From a bacterium (GTDB lineage Bacteria; Patescibacteriota; Minisyncoccia; Moranbacterales; DUUL01), in contig JABGXP010000002.1 of NCBI GenBank assembly GCA_018675685.1, positions 14,367-78,366 of the forward strand: DNA of 64,000 bases. Reading direction: 5' to 3'. Numbering within the stretch: the stretch's first letter is position 1; each line of letters begins with the position of its first letter. The notes beneath the pieces were generated by a model. The model was given only the letters and a program-made list of their open reading frames with translations. It made no database searches and was not told where the DNA came from. Positions 19,196 through 28,839 of this stretch are shown here, piece after piece. A program made the translations under genes and the position numbers.

Positions 19196-19574
19196 TAGTT
19201 TCGTTTGCAATGCAATTGCTTTGACTTGTTCAAAGAGGAAAGTCTGGACACCATTGTTCTTTTAGAACAATATGGATAATCGGTAATGCCGATCGGTTTA
19301 TTAGTAATAATAAACAAGGGAAAGTGCCGCAGAGACAATACTAACTAACGCTTTGCGTTAGCCAAAGGTGAAAAGTGCATTGATGTAATCATTCCGATGA
19401 TTGCTACAAAGCTCGCTTGTTGGCAACAACAGGTTGTGGTAAACCCTATTTGGTGCAAGGCCGTGTTTCGAGAAATCGGAAAGTGCCGCTAAAGTTGCTT
19501 GGAAACATTCAACGTAGATAAATAATTGCAACTCCTTGGAGTAACAGAATCCAGCTTATTTGTTTGTGAAACTA
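19196..19574 (+). ncRNA. rnpB: RNase P RNA
   Basis: Conserved GAGGAAAGTCTGG, GAAAGTGCCGCAGA, GGTAAACCC and ACAGAATCCAGCTTAT; terminal pairing tagtttcg/tgaaacta. Confidence 0.93.
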
Positions 19575-19578
19575 AATC

Positions 19579-19606
19579 AAAAGCGGACCGCAAGGTCTGT
19601 TTTTTT
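19579..19606 (+). terminator. rnpB terminator
   Basis: aaaagcggacc-gcaa-ggtctgtttttt. Confidence 0.75.
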
Positions 19607-19670
19607 GTTGGATTGTCCCTTGAGCGATTTGTTTGATATAATTGAGTCACTTATTTGTAAGTATGCAAAA

Positions 19671-20204
19671 ATGAAAGTGAGGAAGAACTTTCTGATAAGT
19701 TTTACAGTGGTATTACTTTTTTTTATTGGCGCCACATCCCTACTTTTTACTTGGAAACAAAAAGAACAACTAAGGGGAGAGAAGATAATTAAGACTACAG
19801 AGGTTTATCCTGTTAGAATGTATTTCTTTTATTCTAATACTTGCCCTCATTGTCGAGATGAGAATAAATTTCTTTCGAAATTAGAAAAAGAAATACCTTT
19901 TTTGGTAATAGAGAGATTCGAAATATCAAATAGTAGCGATGAGATAACCAGATATGTTTTCTCTAAGCTCACCAAGAAGCATTCAACTGAGGGAGCAATT
20001 CCTTTAACAATAATCGGGGAAAATGTTACATTGGGATTTAATGATGATGAAAATTTAGGAGCTGATTTTAAAAATCAAATAAAAGAGTGTGCTTTAAATG
20101 GCTGTGACAGTTGGTTAGATAATGAATATGACATTGATAACACATTGACTCAGAGAAAAATTGACATATCTTCCAAACAATTTGAATTTATATTCAAGAA
20201 GTAA
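19671..20204 (+). CDS. membrane-anchored thioredoxin/glutaredoxin-fold protein
   Basis: N-terminal TM and FYSNTCPHC (CxxC); start moved to ATG 19671 because the 19560 start lies inside rnpB. Confidence 0.8.
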   Translation: MKVRKNFLISFTVVLLFFIGATSLLFTWKQKEQLRGEKIIKTTEVYPVRMYFFYSNTCPHCRDENKFLSKLEKEIPFLVIERFEISNSSDEITRYVFSKLTKKHSTEGAIPLTIIGENVTLGFNDDENLGADFKNQIKECALNGCDSWLDNEYDIDNTLTQRKIDISSKQFEFIFKK

Positions 20205-20285
20205 TAGACGGAAAAAAGTGTAGAAAAATGATTGTTTTGCCTTAAATATATCAAGTACAGAAGCGGAAAATATTGTTTATTTTTA

Positions 20286-20314
20286 TTGCCAAAATGGTTT
20301 CAAAATGATATAAT
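20286..20314 (+). promoter_or_regulatory. sigma70-type promoter
   Basis: TTGCCA, 17 bp spacer, TGaTATAAT. Confidence 0.55.
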
Positions 20315-20394
20315 TTGATCATTAAAGTTTTGTCAAAGTGCCATTTGAATGGACTTTTAAAGTGTTTTAAAATGACAAAATATAGAAATATTTT

Positions 20395-21810
20395 ATGAAA
20401 AAATCCGAATTATTTTTTAGCGCCTTGCAAGTGCCGATTGACTATATAATGGTGGTGCTGGCAGGTATCGCAGCATATATTTGGCGTGCTTCAGAAGGAA
20501 TACAAGAAATTAAATCGATTGAATATCAATTTTCAATCAGACAGTTTGTTGAGGTATTGCTTGTCATCGCTGCTTTCTTTGTGCTTATATATGCGTTTGA
20601 AGGACTCTACGATATTAGATCAACAAAGCGAACTACACGTGAAGTTTATCGCGTAGTTCGGGCCACAATGCTTGGTCTCATGATCATTATTGTCGGAATT
20701 TTTGTTGACAGAGAACTATTTTCCTCCCGCTTTATTATCTTAGCAGGAGGCCTCTTTATAATGATTTTTGTTTCAGCAGGTAGAATGATGTTGGGATTTT
20801 TTCAAAGATATTTATTAGCGACAAGAAGAATAGGAGTTCATAGATTATTAATAATCGGTGTGGGAGACGTTTGTGGTTCGATAAAAAGGCAAATAAAATA
20901 TGATAGCTATAGGGGGTATAAAATTGCTGGGCACATTGAAAACATTGACCTAGAAAGAATCGAGAGGATTAAAAAGATGAAAGGTGTTGATGAAATTATT
21001 CATTGCGACCCTAAAGTCAGTAAAACAAAACTTCTTGGGCTCAAGGAATTTGCAATTCGCAACAGAATTACCTTTAAATACACACCAACTCTTCTGCAGA
21101 CTGCTAATTTTAAAATGGGCGTTTTCCTTGGAGAACCAATGATTGAGGTTAAGAACACACCTCTTGATGGATGGGGTAAAATTATTAAAAGAGCAGTTGA
21201 TATTATCGGTGCGCTAGTAGGGATTTTAATTTTTGGTATCCCCATGATTATCACTGCTATTACTATCTGGATTGAATCTAGAAAACCTATTATTTTTTTC
21301 AATGAAAGAGTAGGGCATAAAGGCAATTTTAACCTATTTAAGTTTAGGTATATGAAGAATAAATATTGTCACGGCAAACAATATTCAGATGCGCACAACA
21401 AAAAAGCTTTAAATTTTCTAGCTGAATTAATTGAAAAGCAATCAATCAAAACGGGACCGCTCTACAAAATCAAGAACGATCCACGGAGAACAAAAGTAGG
21501 AGCATTTTTAGAAAAATTCTCCCTTGATGAATTCCCTCAATTTTTCAATGTCTTGAAGGGAGAGATGAGTCTTGTTGGTCCGCGTCCTCATCAACCAATA
21601 GAGGTTGATAAATATGAAAATTTTCAACGTAGGGTTTTGACAATCAAGCCAGGGATCACTGGGATGGCTCAAATTTCCGGAAGGAGTGATTTGGAGTTTA
21701 ATGATGAAGTTCGTCTAGATACTTTCTATATTGAAAATTGGTCTTTGTGGCTCGATATTCAAATAATTTTAAAAACTATTCCTGCTCTCTTGCAGAGAAG
21801 GAAGAATTAA
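20395..21810 (+). CDS. polyprenyl-phosphate glycosylphosphotransferase (WcaJ/WbaP-like)
   Basis: 5 TM, KRAVDI, FKFRYM, DPRRTKVG, SLDEFPQFFNVLKGEMSLVGPRP, KPGITGMAQ. Confidence 0.92.
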   Translation: MKKSELFFSALQVPIDYIMVVLAGIAAYIWRASEGIQEIKSIEYQFSIRQFVEVLLVIAAFFVLIYAFEGLYDIRSTKRTTREVYRVVRATMLGLMIIIVGIFVDRELFSSRFIILAGGLFIMIFVSAGRMMLGFFQRYLLATRRIGVHRLLIIGVGDVCGSIKRQIKYDSYRGYKIAGHIENIDLERIERIKKMKGVDEIIHCDPKVSKTKLLGLKEFAIRNRITFKYTPTLLQTANFKMGVFLGEPMIEVKNTPLDGWGKIIKRAVDIIGALVGILIFGIPMIITAITIWIESRKPIIFFNERVGHKGNFNLFKFRYMKNKYCHGKQYSDAHNKKALNFLAELIEKQSIKTGPLYKIKNDPRRTKVGAFLEKFSLDEFPQFFNVLKGEMSLVGPRPHQPIEVDKYENFQRRVLTIKPGITGMAQISGRSDLEFNDEVRLDTFYIENWSLWLDIQIILKTIPALLQRRKN

Positions 21811-21845
21811 GTTAATAAGTTTAGTAACCAAATTAGATTAACGAA

Positions 21846-23237
21846 ATGAAACAAAAAATCGATTTGGGGGAAATCAGAAAAGTGTACATGGTTGGCATCA
21901 AAGGATCTGGGATGATTGCTTTTGTTGAGATTTTTAATGCCCTGGGGAAAGAAGTATTTGGGAGTGATGTAGCGGAAGAATTTTTCACAGATGCAACGTT
22001 AAAGAGATTGGGTATTGAATATACAGAAGGTTTTTCTAGAAAGAATATTGCAAAGCATCAAGATGTTGATTTGGTTGTGCATTCGACAGCGTATAATCAG
22101 GACAATAATGTCGAGCTTGAGTATGCGGATAAAAACTATTTACCAATACTTTCATATCCTGAAATGATTGCTGCTTTCTCTGAGGAAAAAACCACGATTG
22201 CAATTTGTGGAACTCACGGTAAAACTACTACTACCGCTATGACAACATTGGCACTAAAGGAATGTGGAGCTGACCCAACTGCTATTGTTGGCTCAAAAGT
22301 CAAGCAATTAAACTCGAATATAGCCATTGGAGAGTCAGAATTTCTAGTGCTTGAAGCAGATGAATATCAGAATAAACTTGCTTCTTATTCCCCAGAAGGA
22401 GTGGTGCTACTGAACGTGGAATTTGATCACCCTGACTATTTTAAATCGATAAAAGAGTATAAGGAAGTCTTTGTTGCATTTGTTAAAAAAATACCAAAGG
22501 AGGGATTTCTGATTGTCTGTGCGGATGATTTAAACGCTATAAGCGTTGCGAAGCATGCGAAGTGTAAAGTTGTCGCATATGGAACTTTTCAAAAAGAAGG
22601 TCAAATTCAAAGAGTAGCCAAGGAGTTTGACGATGGAGGTGTTAAGGAATTTGAATTTTTTCTAATTCCAGAGGATTTGAAAATGAAAGTACCAGGGATT
22701 CACAATAGATTAAATGCAACGGCAGTATTAGCTGTTTGTGCACAACTGGGCTTGGACGAGAAGACTGCGAAAAAAGCAGTTAATGATTATGAAGGGGTCT
22801 CAAGAAGATTTGAAGAAGTCGGGAAAAGAAATGGCGCGCTTGTGATTGATGACTATGCTCATCACCCCACTGAGATTGTAGCAACTCTAGCCGCTGCGAA
22901 AGAAAGGTATCCGAAAAAAAACTTGATTTGTGTTTTCCATCCTCATACATTCTCTAGAACAAAAGCATTATTAGATGAGTTTGCAAAAAGTTTTGAAGAT
23001 GCAGATGAAGTAATTGTCTTAGATATCTATGGTTCAGCCAGAGAGAGCCAAGGTGGAGTGAGTTCAAAGGAGCTTGTTTCAAAGGCAAAGAAGTATCATC
23101 AAAATATAAATCATATCGCAACTATAAATGAGGTGTATGACAAGCTAGAATCAAAAATTGGCAAAGGTGATATTGTCTTGACGGTAGGCGCTGGTGATAT
23201 TGATAAGTTGGCAAAGAAATTAGTTAATGATATTTAG
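21846..23237 (+). CDS. murC: UDP-N-acetylmuramate-L-alanine ligase
   Basis: GIKGSGM, GTHGKTTT, EADE, DDYAHHPTEI, FHPHTFSRT. Confidence 0.93.
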   Translation: MKQKIDLGEIRKVYMVGIKGSGMIAFVEIFNALGKEVFGSDVAEEFFTDATLKRLGIEYTEGFSRKNIAKHQDVDLVVHSTAYNQDNNVELEYADKNYLPILSYPEMIAAFSEEKTTIAICGTHGKTTTTAMTTLALKECGADPTAIVGSKVKQLNSNIAIGESEFLVLEADEYQNKLASYSPEGVVLLNVEFDHPDYFKSIKEYKEVFVAFVKKIPKEGFLIVCADDLNAISVAKHAKCKVVAYGTFQKEGQIQRVAKEFDDGGVKEFEFFLIPEDLKMKVPGIHNRLNATAVLAVCAQLGLDEKTAKKAVNDYEGVSRRFEEVGKRNGALVIDDYAHHPTEIVATLAAAKERYPKKNLICVFHPHTFSRTKALLDEFAKSFEDADEVIVLDIYGSARESQGGVSSKELVSKAKKYHQNINHIATINEVYDKLESKIGKGDIVLTVGAGDIDKLAKKLVNDI

Positions 23238-23240
23238 TAT

Positions 23241-23669
23241 ATGGAATTTGAAGCTTGTAATTTAAAAGATACACGAGAATTGGCGAAAACCATACTCGAT
23301 TTATTGAATGGAAGAAATATAATCCTATTAGAAGGTAGTTTAGGCGCAGGAAAAACAACTCTCACGCAGGGACTCTTGGAGGAACTAAGAGCAGAAGGAC
23401 CATTTACATCGCCAACTTTCGTAGTCATGAAGGATTATAAACTAGATGGAAAGAAGGGTTTTCTTAAGGCATTTCATTTCGATTGTTATCGAATTGACTC
23501 CAGTGATTTGACTGAGATGTCTTGGCATGAAGTTATTACTAATAAAGATAATTTAGTGGTTGTAGAGTGGCCGGAGAAAATAAAAGAAGCTTTACCTAAA
23601 GATTCTTTGTGCATTAAGATTGAAATCGTAGATGAGAGTAAAAGGAAATTTATAATAAAAAATAATTAA
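23241..23669 (+). CDS. tsaE: tRNA threonylcarbamoyladenosine biosynthesis ATPase
   Basis: GSLGAGKTT, TSPTF, HFDCYR, VEWPE. Confidence 0.95.
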   Translation: MEFEACNLKDTRELAKTILDLLNGRNIILLEGSLGAGKTTLTQGLLEELRAEGPFTSPTFVVMKDYKLDGKKGFLKAFHFDCYRIDSSDLTEMSWHEVITNKDNLVVVEWPEKIKEALPKDSLCIKIEIVDESKRKFIIKNN

Positions 23670-23674
23670 AATGT

Positions 23675-25042
23675 ATGGAAATAAATCCACATGCGTTTAA
23701 GGCATACGACATTAGAGGGCTTTACCCGGAGGATGTGAATGAGGAGGTTGCGTATAAAACTGGACTTGCTTATGCGAACTTTTTAAAAGATGCAAAGAAG
23801 ATCGTGGTTGGTGTAGATTTTAGACACAGCAGTCCTGCCTTGAAAGAAGCTCTTATCGAAGGATTAACAGATGGTGGCAAAGATGTGGTTGATATTGGCG
23901 AAGTCCCAACACCAATTTTATATTTTGGAATTGCTCATTATAAGTATGATGGTGGGATTGAAATTACAGCCTCGCACAACGCCGGTGAGTATAATGGGAT
24001 TAAACTTCAAAAGGAAAAGGCGCTGCCAATTTATGGCGAGAACGGAATTTATGACATTCGTGATGCAGTTTTAAGTAATGATTTACACAAAGCCAAGGAA
24101 AAAGGTAGTGTTGAAACAAAAGAGATCGTTGGCGAGTACATGGACTATCTTGTTTCTAAAATTCAATTGAAAAGATCACTTAAAATTGTCATCGATTGTG
24201 GGAATGGTGCTTGTGGATTTATCCCTGAAAAGATTTTCAAGAAACTCGGATGCGAAGTGGAGACAATCTTTGGAGAGCCTGATGGAGATTTTCCAAATCA
24301 CATTGCTGACCCGTATCGAGAAGAAAATATGCAAGATTTGAAGAAAAAAGTTCTGGAGTCTGGTGCAGACATCGGAATTGCTTTTGATGGTGATGGTGAT
24401 CGGGTTGGATTGATTGATAAAAGAGGAAGAATTATTTCTGGTGAACACCAGTTAATGCTTTTATATAGAAGAGTTTTGAAGGAGGTAAAGGGGAAAATTG
24501 TAATGGAAGTTAGGACATCAAAAGTTGCTCTTGGTGATATCGAAAAACATGGAGGGGAACCTGTGATGGCAGTTGCGGGCCATGCATATGTCCTAGACTC
24601 TGTTTTTAAAGAAAAAGCGGTATTTGGTGGAGAGACTACTGGACATATCTACTTTCCAAAGCATTACTATGATTATGATGATGGAATCTTTACAGCTTTG
24701 AAATTAGCCGAGGTTGTTGCTGAGAATGAGGATTTTGAGAAATGTATAGATGAACTGCCAGTTGCTTTTGCAAGCAAAGAATATTTTGTGGACTGTCCAG
24801 ACGAAGAGAAGGCGGGAAGAATGGGAAGTCTTGCAGATTATTTACGGGAGAATGAGTATGATTTCCTGGACATCGATGGAGTCCGAATCAATTTCCCAAA
24901 TGGTTGGGCATTGGCTCGCCCTTCTAATACAACTCCTCATATTAAATGCAGAATGGAAGGAGATACACTGGAAGATTTGAAAGACATAGAAGCGAAGGCG
25001 AGAGAGTTATTTGGAAAATTTGATATCAATATCGAAGAGTAG
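23675..25042 (+). CDS. phosphomannomutase/phosphoglucomutase (AlgC-like)
   Basis: FKAYDIRG, TASHN, DGDGDR, GETTGH, RPSNT. Confidence 0.92.
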   Translation: MEINPHAFKAYDIRGLYPEDVNEEVAYKTGLAYANFLKDAKKIVVGVDFRHSSPALKEALIEGLTDGGKDVVDIGEVPTPILYFGIAHYKYDGGIEITASHNAGEYNGIKLQKEKALPIYGENGIYDIRDAVLSNDLHKAKEKGSVETKEIVGEYMDYLVSKIQLKRSLKIVIDCGNGACGFIPEKIFKKLGCEVETIFGEPDGDFPNHIADPYREENMQDLKKKVLESGADIGIAFDGDGDRVGLIDKRGRIISGEHQLMLLYRRVLKEVKGKIVMEVRTSKVALGDIEKHGGEPVMAVAGHAYVLDSVFKEKAVFGGETTGHIYFPKHYYDYDDGIFTALKLAEVVAENEDFEKCIDELPVAFASKEYFVDCPDEEKAGRMGSLADYLRENEYDFLDIDGVRINFPNGWALARPSNTTPHIKCRMEGDTLEDLKDIEAKARELFGKFDINIEE

Positions 25043-25055
25043 AATGTTTTAAGAT

Positions 25056-25091
25056 AACAAAAAACCACCATGAAATTGGTGGTTTTTTGTT
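25056..25091. terminator. bidirectional terminator between the convergent mutase genes
   Basis: aacaaaaaaccacca-tgaaat-tggtggttttttgtt. Confidence 0.8.
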
Positions 25092-25108
25092 TGTGTGAAA
25101 GTGCAGCG

Positions 25109-26563
25109 TTATATTTTTTCCTTAGCCAAGCGTAATGTTTGATCTGTTAACCATTTGGCGCATTCCTCTGAAATAGCCTCGCTGTAGCATCTAAGTTCCG
25201 GTGCATTTCCCGATGGTCGCAGGTGAACTATTTCTCCATTCTCTAGATACATCCTTGCCCCATCAGTGAAATCAACCTTTTTGATTTGTGCTGGAAATTG
25301 GAACATTTCCGTAACCTCCGAGAAATCTGTCATCTTGGAAAGTTTAACAATAAAAGCTTTACTGTTTTCAGTTGGAACTCCTTTTATACTGCTGCTATAA
25401 ACGATTCTTCGGGGCATACTAATTGCTAATTCCGAGAGCGTAAGACCGCGCATGTCCGCTAGAAGAAGCGCTCCAATAAGAGGGAAGACTGCGTCCCTTG
25501 TCGGTAGTGGTTGAAAATTCCTCCCATCAATCTCTATTTCGTCAGCTGTTAGGAATCCACCGTTTGCTTCGTATGAAACAACTCTTGAAAGTCCGTTTTT
25601 AAGAGCCTCATTCATTCCTGCAATTACATATGGAGAACCAATTTTTGTCCTTCTGATATCTTTGAATTTTCCAAGCTCCTCAAGTGCAGTGCTTGAGCTG
25701 ATCGGAACTGAGACCGAATTTGCCTTAAGATAAAGGGCACTGAAAATACAAAGCACGTCGCCTCTGATGAAATGACCTTTCTCATCGAAAAGCATAGGGC
25801 GATCAGTGTCTCCATCAGTAGAAAAGATAACATCTGGGCTATATTCCTTTACCCAATTGGCTGCTAACTCCAGATCTTCTTCTCGAATTGCTTCTGTGTC
25901 AATCGGTGTGAAATTTTCAGTGTAATTAACTTTTATCACTTCAGCACCGAGTTTTTCAAAAATCTGTGGCAAAAGTTCACGTCCAACAGAGGAGTGCCCA
26001 TAGAAAACTATTTTTTTGTCTCCTAAGCAATTTTTAGGTAAGAAGTTCGTATAACGCTCAAGATAGAGTTGCGCGGCCTCCTCGTTGATTTTTGGTAGCT
26101 CATCTACGCTTAAGAGTTCATCATTAAGATCGAATTTTTTAGTAAAGTTATTTTCAACAGACAACTTTTCTTTTAATTCGATAATGCGAGGTTCATCTGT
26201 TTTTAAAACTTCTCCAAAGGGCATATTAAATTTAATTCCATTCATATCAAAAGGAATATGACTCCCTGTTATCATGATACTTGGAATGTGTTTTTGAAAT
26301 CCAAAAAATGAAACTGCTGGAGTTGGAATTTTCCCACAATTTGAGACCTGGCAACCAAAGTCTGTGATAGCTGTTGCGACAGCAGACATTATTTTATTGG
26401 TGCTGGGTCGCCTGTCTCCTGCGATTGCGACTAGAGATTCCCTTTGAATATTGTTAGTCTCTAATAAATACATCAGGAATGCAGTTGTTGAAATATAACA
26501 CTCCTTGTCAGTCATTTCAGTTACAAATCCGCGTAGTCCACTTGTTCCAAACTTTAAAGCCAT
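25109..26563 (-). CDS. phosphomannomutase (ManB-like subfamily)
   Basis: FGTSGLRG, ITGSHIP, TDGDTDRP, YEANGGF, LPTRDA, HLRPSGNAPELR. Confidence 0.92.
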   Translation of the reverse strand: MALKFGTSGLRGFVTEMTDKECYISTTAFLMYLLETNNIQRESLVAIAGDRRPSTNKIMSAVATAITDFGCQVSNCGKIPTPAVSFFGFQKHIPSIMITGSHIPFDMNGIKFNMPFGEVLKTDEPRIIELKEKLSVENNFTKKFDLNDELLSVDELPKINEEAAQLYLERYTNFLPKNCLGDKKIVFYGHSSVGRELLPQIFEKLGAEVIKVNYTENFTPIDTEAIREEDLELAANWVKEYSPDVIFSTDGDTDRPMLFDEKGHFIRGDVLCIFSALYLKANSVSVPISSSTALEELGKFKDIRRTKIGSPYVIAGMNEALKNGLSRVVSYEANGGFLTADEIEIDGRNFQPLPTRDAVFPLIGALLLADMRGLTLSELAISMPRRIVYSSSIKGVPTENSKAFIVKLSKMTDFSEVTEMFQFPAQIKKVDFTDGARMYLENGEIVHLRPSGNAPELRCYSEAISEECAKWLTDQTLRLAKEKI

Positions 26564-26627
26564 AAGTCTACTTTATAATTTTTAATATCCTCAATTATAG
26601 CATTAATCAATTCTTTTTGTAAGAAAA

Positions 26628-27200
26628 TTAGCTTGTAAGATAACTAGTTGCCAGGGAAACGATCTTTTCAATTTTCCGTTTATTTTTATCAGTCAACTTT
26701 TTAGCTTGGTCGACCATAAAACCTTTTGCCTTGAAACCACAAAACCTCAAAGTCTCTTTTACAACAACCTTGAGTGAGCGATTTCCCAAGATTAGTTTTT
26801 CGGCGATTGCAGGACCACCAGTAGTTGTAATGACTGCAACTTTCCCTGTTAGCAACCCTTTCGGAAAACCATATTTATTGTAACGAAAGGCAAATCGATT
26901 TGTGAGTGTTCGATCAAAAAAACCTTTCAGTATTGCTGGTGTGCCATTCCACCAAGTGGGGTAGATAATTACAAAACTCCTTTCCTTTTCAAGAAGCTTT
27001 TGATACTTCTTTGTCTCTTTTGCAATAGCATAATTACCAGAAGTATAATGTTCTTTTGGTTGTAGAACTGGATTATAATTTTCTTGATATAGGTCAATGA
27101 CTTGATGAACTATTTTTTTTGAATCTAATTCAGCAGTTAGTTGTTTTAAGATATAACCACAATGACCATCGTGGTTTGGATGAGCATAAATAATAAGCAT
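26628..27200 (-). CDS. NAD(P)H dehydrogenase (quinone), flavodoxin-2 family
   Basis: IIYAHP, IDLY, YPTWWNGTPAILKGFFDR, TTGG. Confidence 0.9.
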   Translation of the reverse strand: MLIIYAHPNHDGHCGYILKQLTAELDSKKIVHQVIDLYQENYNPVLQPKEHYTSGNYAIAKETKKYQKLLEKERSFVIIYPTWWNGTPAILKGFFDRTLTNRFAFRYNKYGFPKGLLTGKVAVITTTGGPAIAEKLILGNRSLKVVVKETLRFCGFKAKGFMVDQAKKLTDKNKRKIEKIVSLATSYLTS

Positions 27201-27220
27201 AGTAAAATTTAAATATTAGA

Positions 27221-27796
27221 TTATAGAATTTTAACCCCGATTTCTTTTAGAGTTTTTGCAGTTTCAAAGAGAGGTAGACCCATATTATTAAAATAATCCC
27301 CAGAACTATTTTCAACAAAAATTGCGCCAATCTCTTGAACTGCAATCCCTCCTGCTTTATCAAGCGGGATACTGGTCTTGATGTAACCTTCAATTTCTTC
27401 GTTTGTTATTTTTCTAAAAGTGATTTTAGATGTTACTGCTTTTGAAATAATTTTTTGGCTCCGAGGTTCAATAATAGTGATACCAGAAATAACCTCGACA
27501 GTTCTATTGCTGGTTTTTCTGAGCATTTCTCTAGCCACTTCGGTTGTTCTCGGTTTTCCAAGTAATTCTCCATCTAAAACCACGAAAGTATCAGCACCAA
27601 TAACGATGTGCTGGGGATATCTTTTTGCAACCTCCTGAGCCTTTCCTTTAGAAAGGAATTTCGCTAATTCTTTAGGTGGCATTCTTAAAGTCATATCTTC
27701 CTTGAAATTACTTCCAACTGTTTTAAAAGGGATGTGGAGTTTTGAGAAAATTTCTTTTCTTCGTGGTGACTTTGAAGCCAGTATTATTTTTTGCAT
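27221..27796 (-). CDS. maf: Maf nucleoside triphosphate pyrophosphatase
   Basis: ILASKSPRR, GADT, LGKP, DKAG, MGLP. Confidence 0.93.
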   Translation of the reverse strand: MQKIILASKSPRRKEIFSKLHIPFKTVGSNFKEDMTLRMPPKELAKFLSKGKAQEVAKRYPQHIVIGADTFVVLDGELLGKPRTTEVAREMLRKTSNRTVEVISGITIIEPRSQKIISKAVTSKITFRKITNEEIEGYIKTSIPLDKAGGIAVQEIGAIFVENSSGDYFNNMGLPLFETAKTLKEIGVKIL

Positions 27797-27802
27797 TGTT
27801 TT

Positions 27803-28474
27803 TTAGTTTATCTCCCAACTTACTTCTCCTAAATTTCTTGCTAAGAGAAATTCATTTGTTTTACTGAAATGCTTACAACCCAGGAAACCTCGATGAGCTG
27901 AAAGTGGCGAAGGATGTGGAGCTTCTAGGATCAGATGTTTTGACCGATCAATTAATGAGGACTTATTTTGTGCATAGGCGCCCCAAAGTAGAAAAACCAA
28001 ATTTTCTCGTTTATCCGAGAGTGCCTGTATCGCATTGTCAGTAAACTCTTCCCAACCTTTTTTCTGATGAGATCCGGCATTATGGGCCTGGACAGTTAGC
28101 GTGGCATTTAAGAGTAGAACCCCTTGACGAGCCCAAGAACTGAGATCTCCGGAGAGCGGCATTTTTACTCCTAAATCACTCTCGATTTCTTTATAGATGT
28201 TGACTAGTGAAGGTGGGATCTTAATCTCCTTTGGAACAGAAAAACACAATCCATGAGCTTGGGACGGTCCGTGATATGGATCTTGACCAAGAATCACAAC
28301 TCGCACGTCATCGAAAGGACATTCTTCAAAGGCGCGAAAAACATTTTTTGGATGTGGAAAAATCTTCTTTGAAAGATATTCATTTCTTACAAAACTAGAA
28401 AGCGATTTGAAATAGGGTTTTTCGAACTCTGCCCCCAGGTTCTTTTTCCAGGTTCTTTCGATTTTGATATTCAT
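27803..28474 (-). CDS. ung: uracil-DNA glycosylase (family 1)
   Basis: GQDPYH, PPSLVNI, QGVLLLN, HPSPLS. Confidence 0.97.
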   Translation of the reverse strand: MNIKIERTWKKNLGAEFEKPYFKSLSSFVRNEYLSKKIFPHPKNVFRAFEECPFDDVRVVILGQDPYHGPSQAHGLCFSVPKEIKIPPSLVNIYKEIESDLGVKMPLSGDLSSWARQGVLLLNATLTVQAHNAGSHQKKGWEEFTDNAIQALSDKRENLVFLLWGAYAQNKSSLIDRSKHLILEAPHPSPLSAHRGFLGCKHFSKTNEFLLARNLGEVSWEIN

Positions 28475-28723
28475 TTAGCTGGACAATGGTTTATATTTCT
28501 ATCGTGTTGTAGTATTCTAACATCTTTAATTAATTTGGAAAATATTCGATGCGTTAAATTTTTTGATATTAAGACACAAGAGCTTCAAAGCTATAGAAAT
28601 AAAAAAGAAACTATTAGAAATTTGGTGAGTAGAAAACAGAATCGCAAGACCTTCTTAAGGGCATAGATACTTGTTTTTTTGCTTAAGATAGGATAAGATG
28701 GGAGACAATCAAATTCTGATTGA

Positions 28724-28736
28724 GTTCTTTGAAAAC
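28724..28736 (+). promoter_or_regulatory. boxA-like antitermination sequence
   Basis: GTTCTTTGAAAAC matches the boxA form found in Firmicutes rRNA leaders; lies in a long leader region. Confidence 0.45.
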
Positions 28737-28766
28737 AACCAATAAAATGCAAAGGAGGTGAGGCCG

Positions 28767-28787
28767 ATGTTTGTGTCTGGAGAATAA
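28767..28787 (+). CDS. putative leader micro-ORF (MFVSGE)
   Basis: Full SD AAAGGAGGTGA (28751-28761) 5 nt before ATG; stop codon sits at the base of a hairpin. Confidence 0.35.
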   Translation: MFVSGE

Positions 28788-28839
28788 GTACAGTTGAGTA
28801 ATGTGTCAACGGGCACTTATATATAAAGGAGAACTGATC

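Noticed and set aside
19560-19670. N-terminal extension of the thioredoxin-like ORF from the ORF track
   Set aside because: It overlaps the rnpB 3' end and its terminator; ATG 19671 gives a normal signal anchor.
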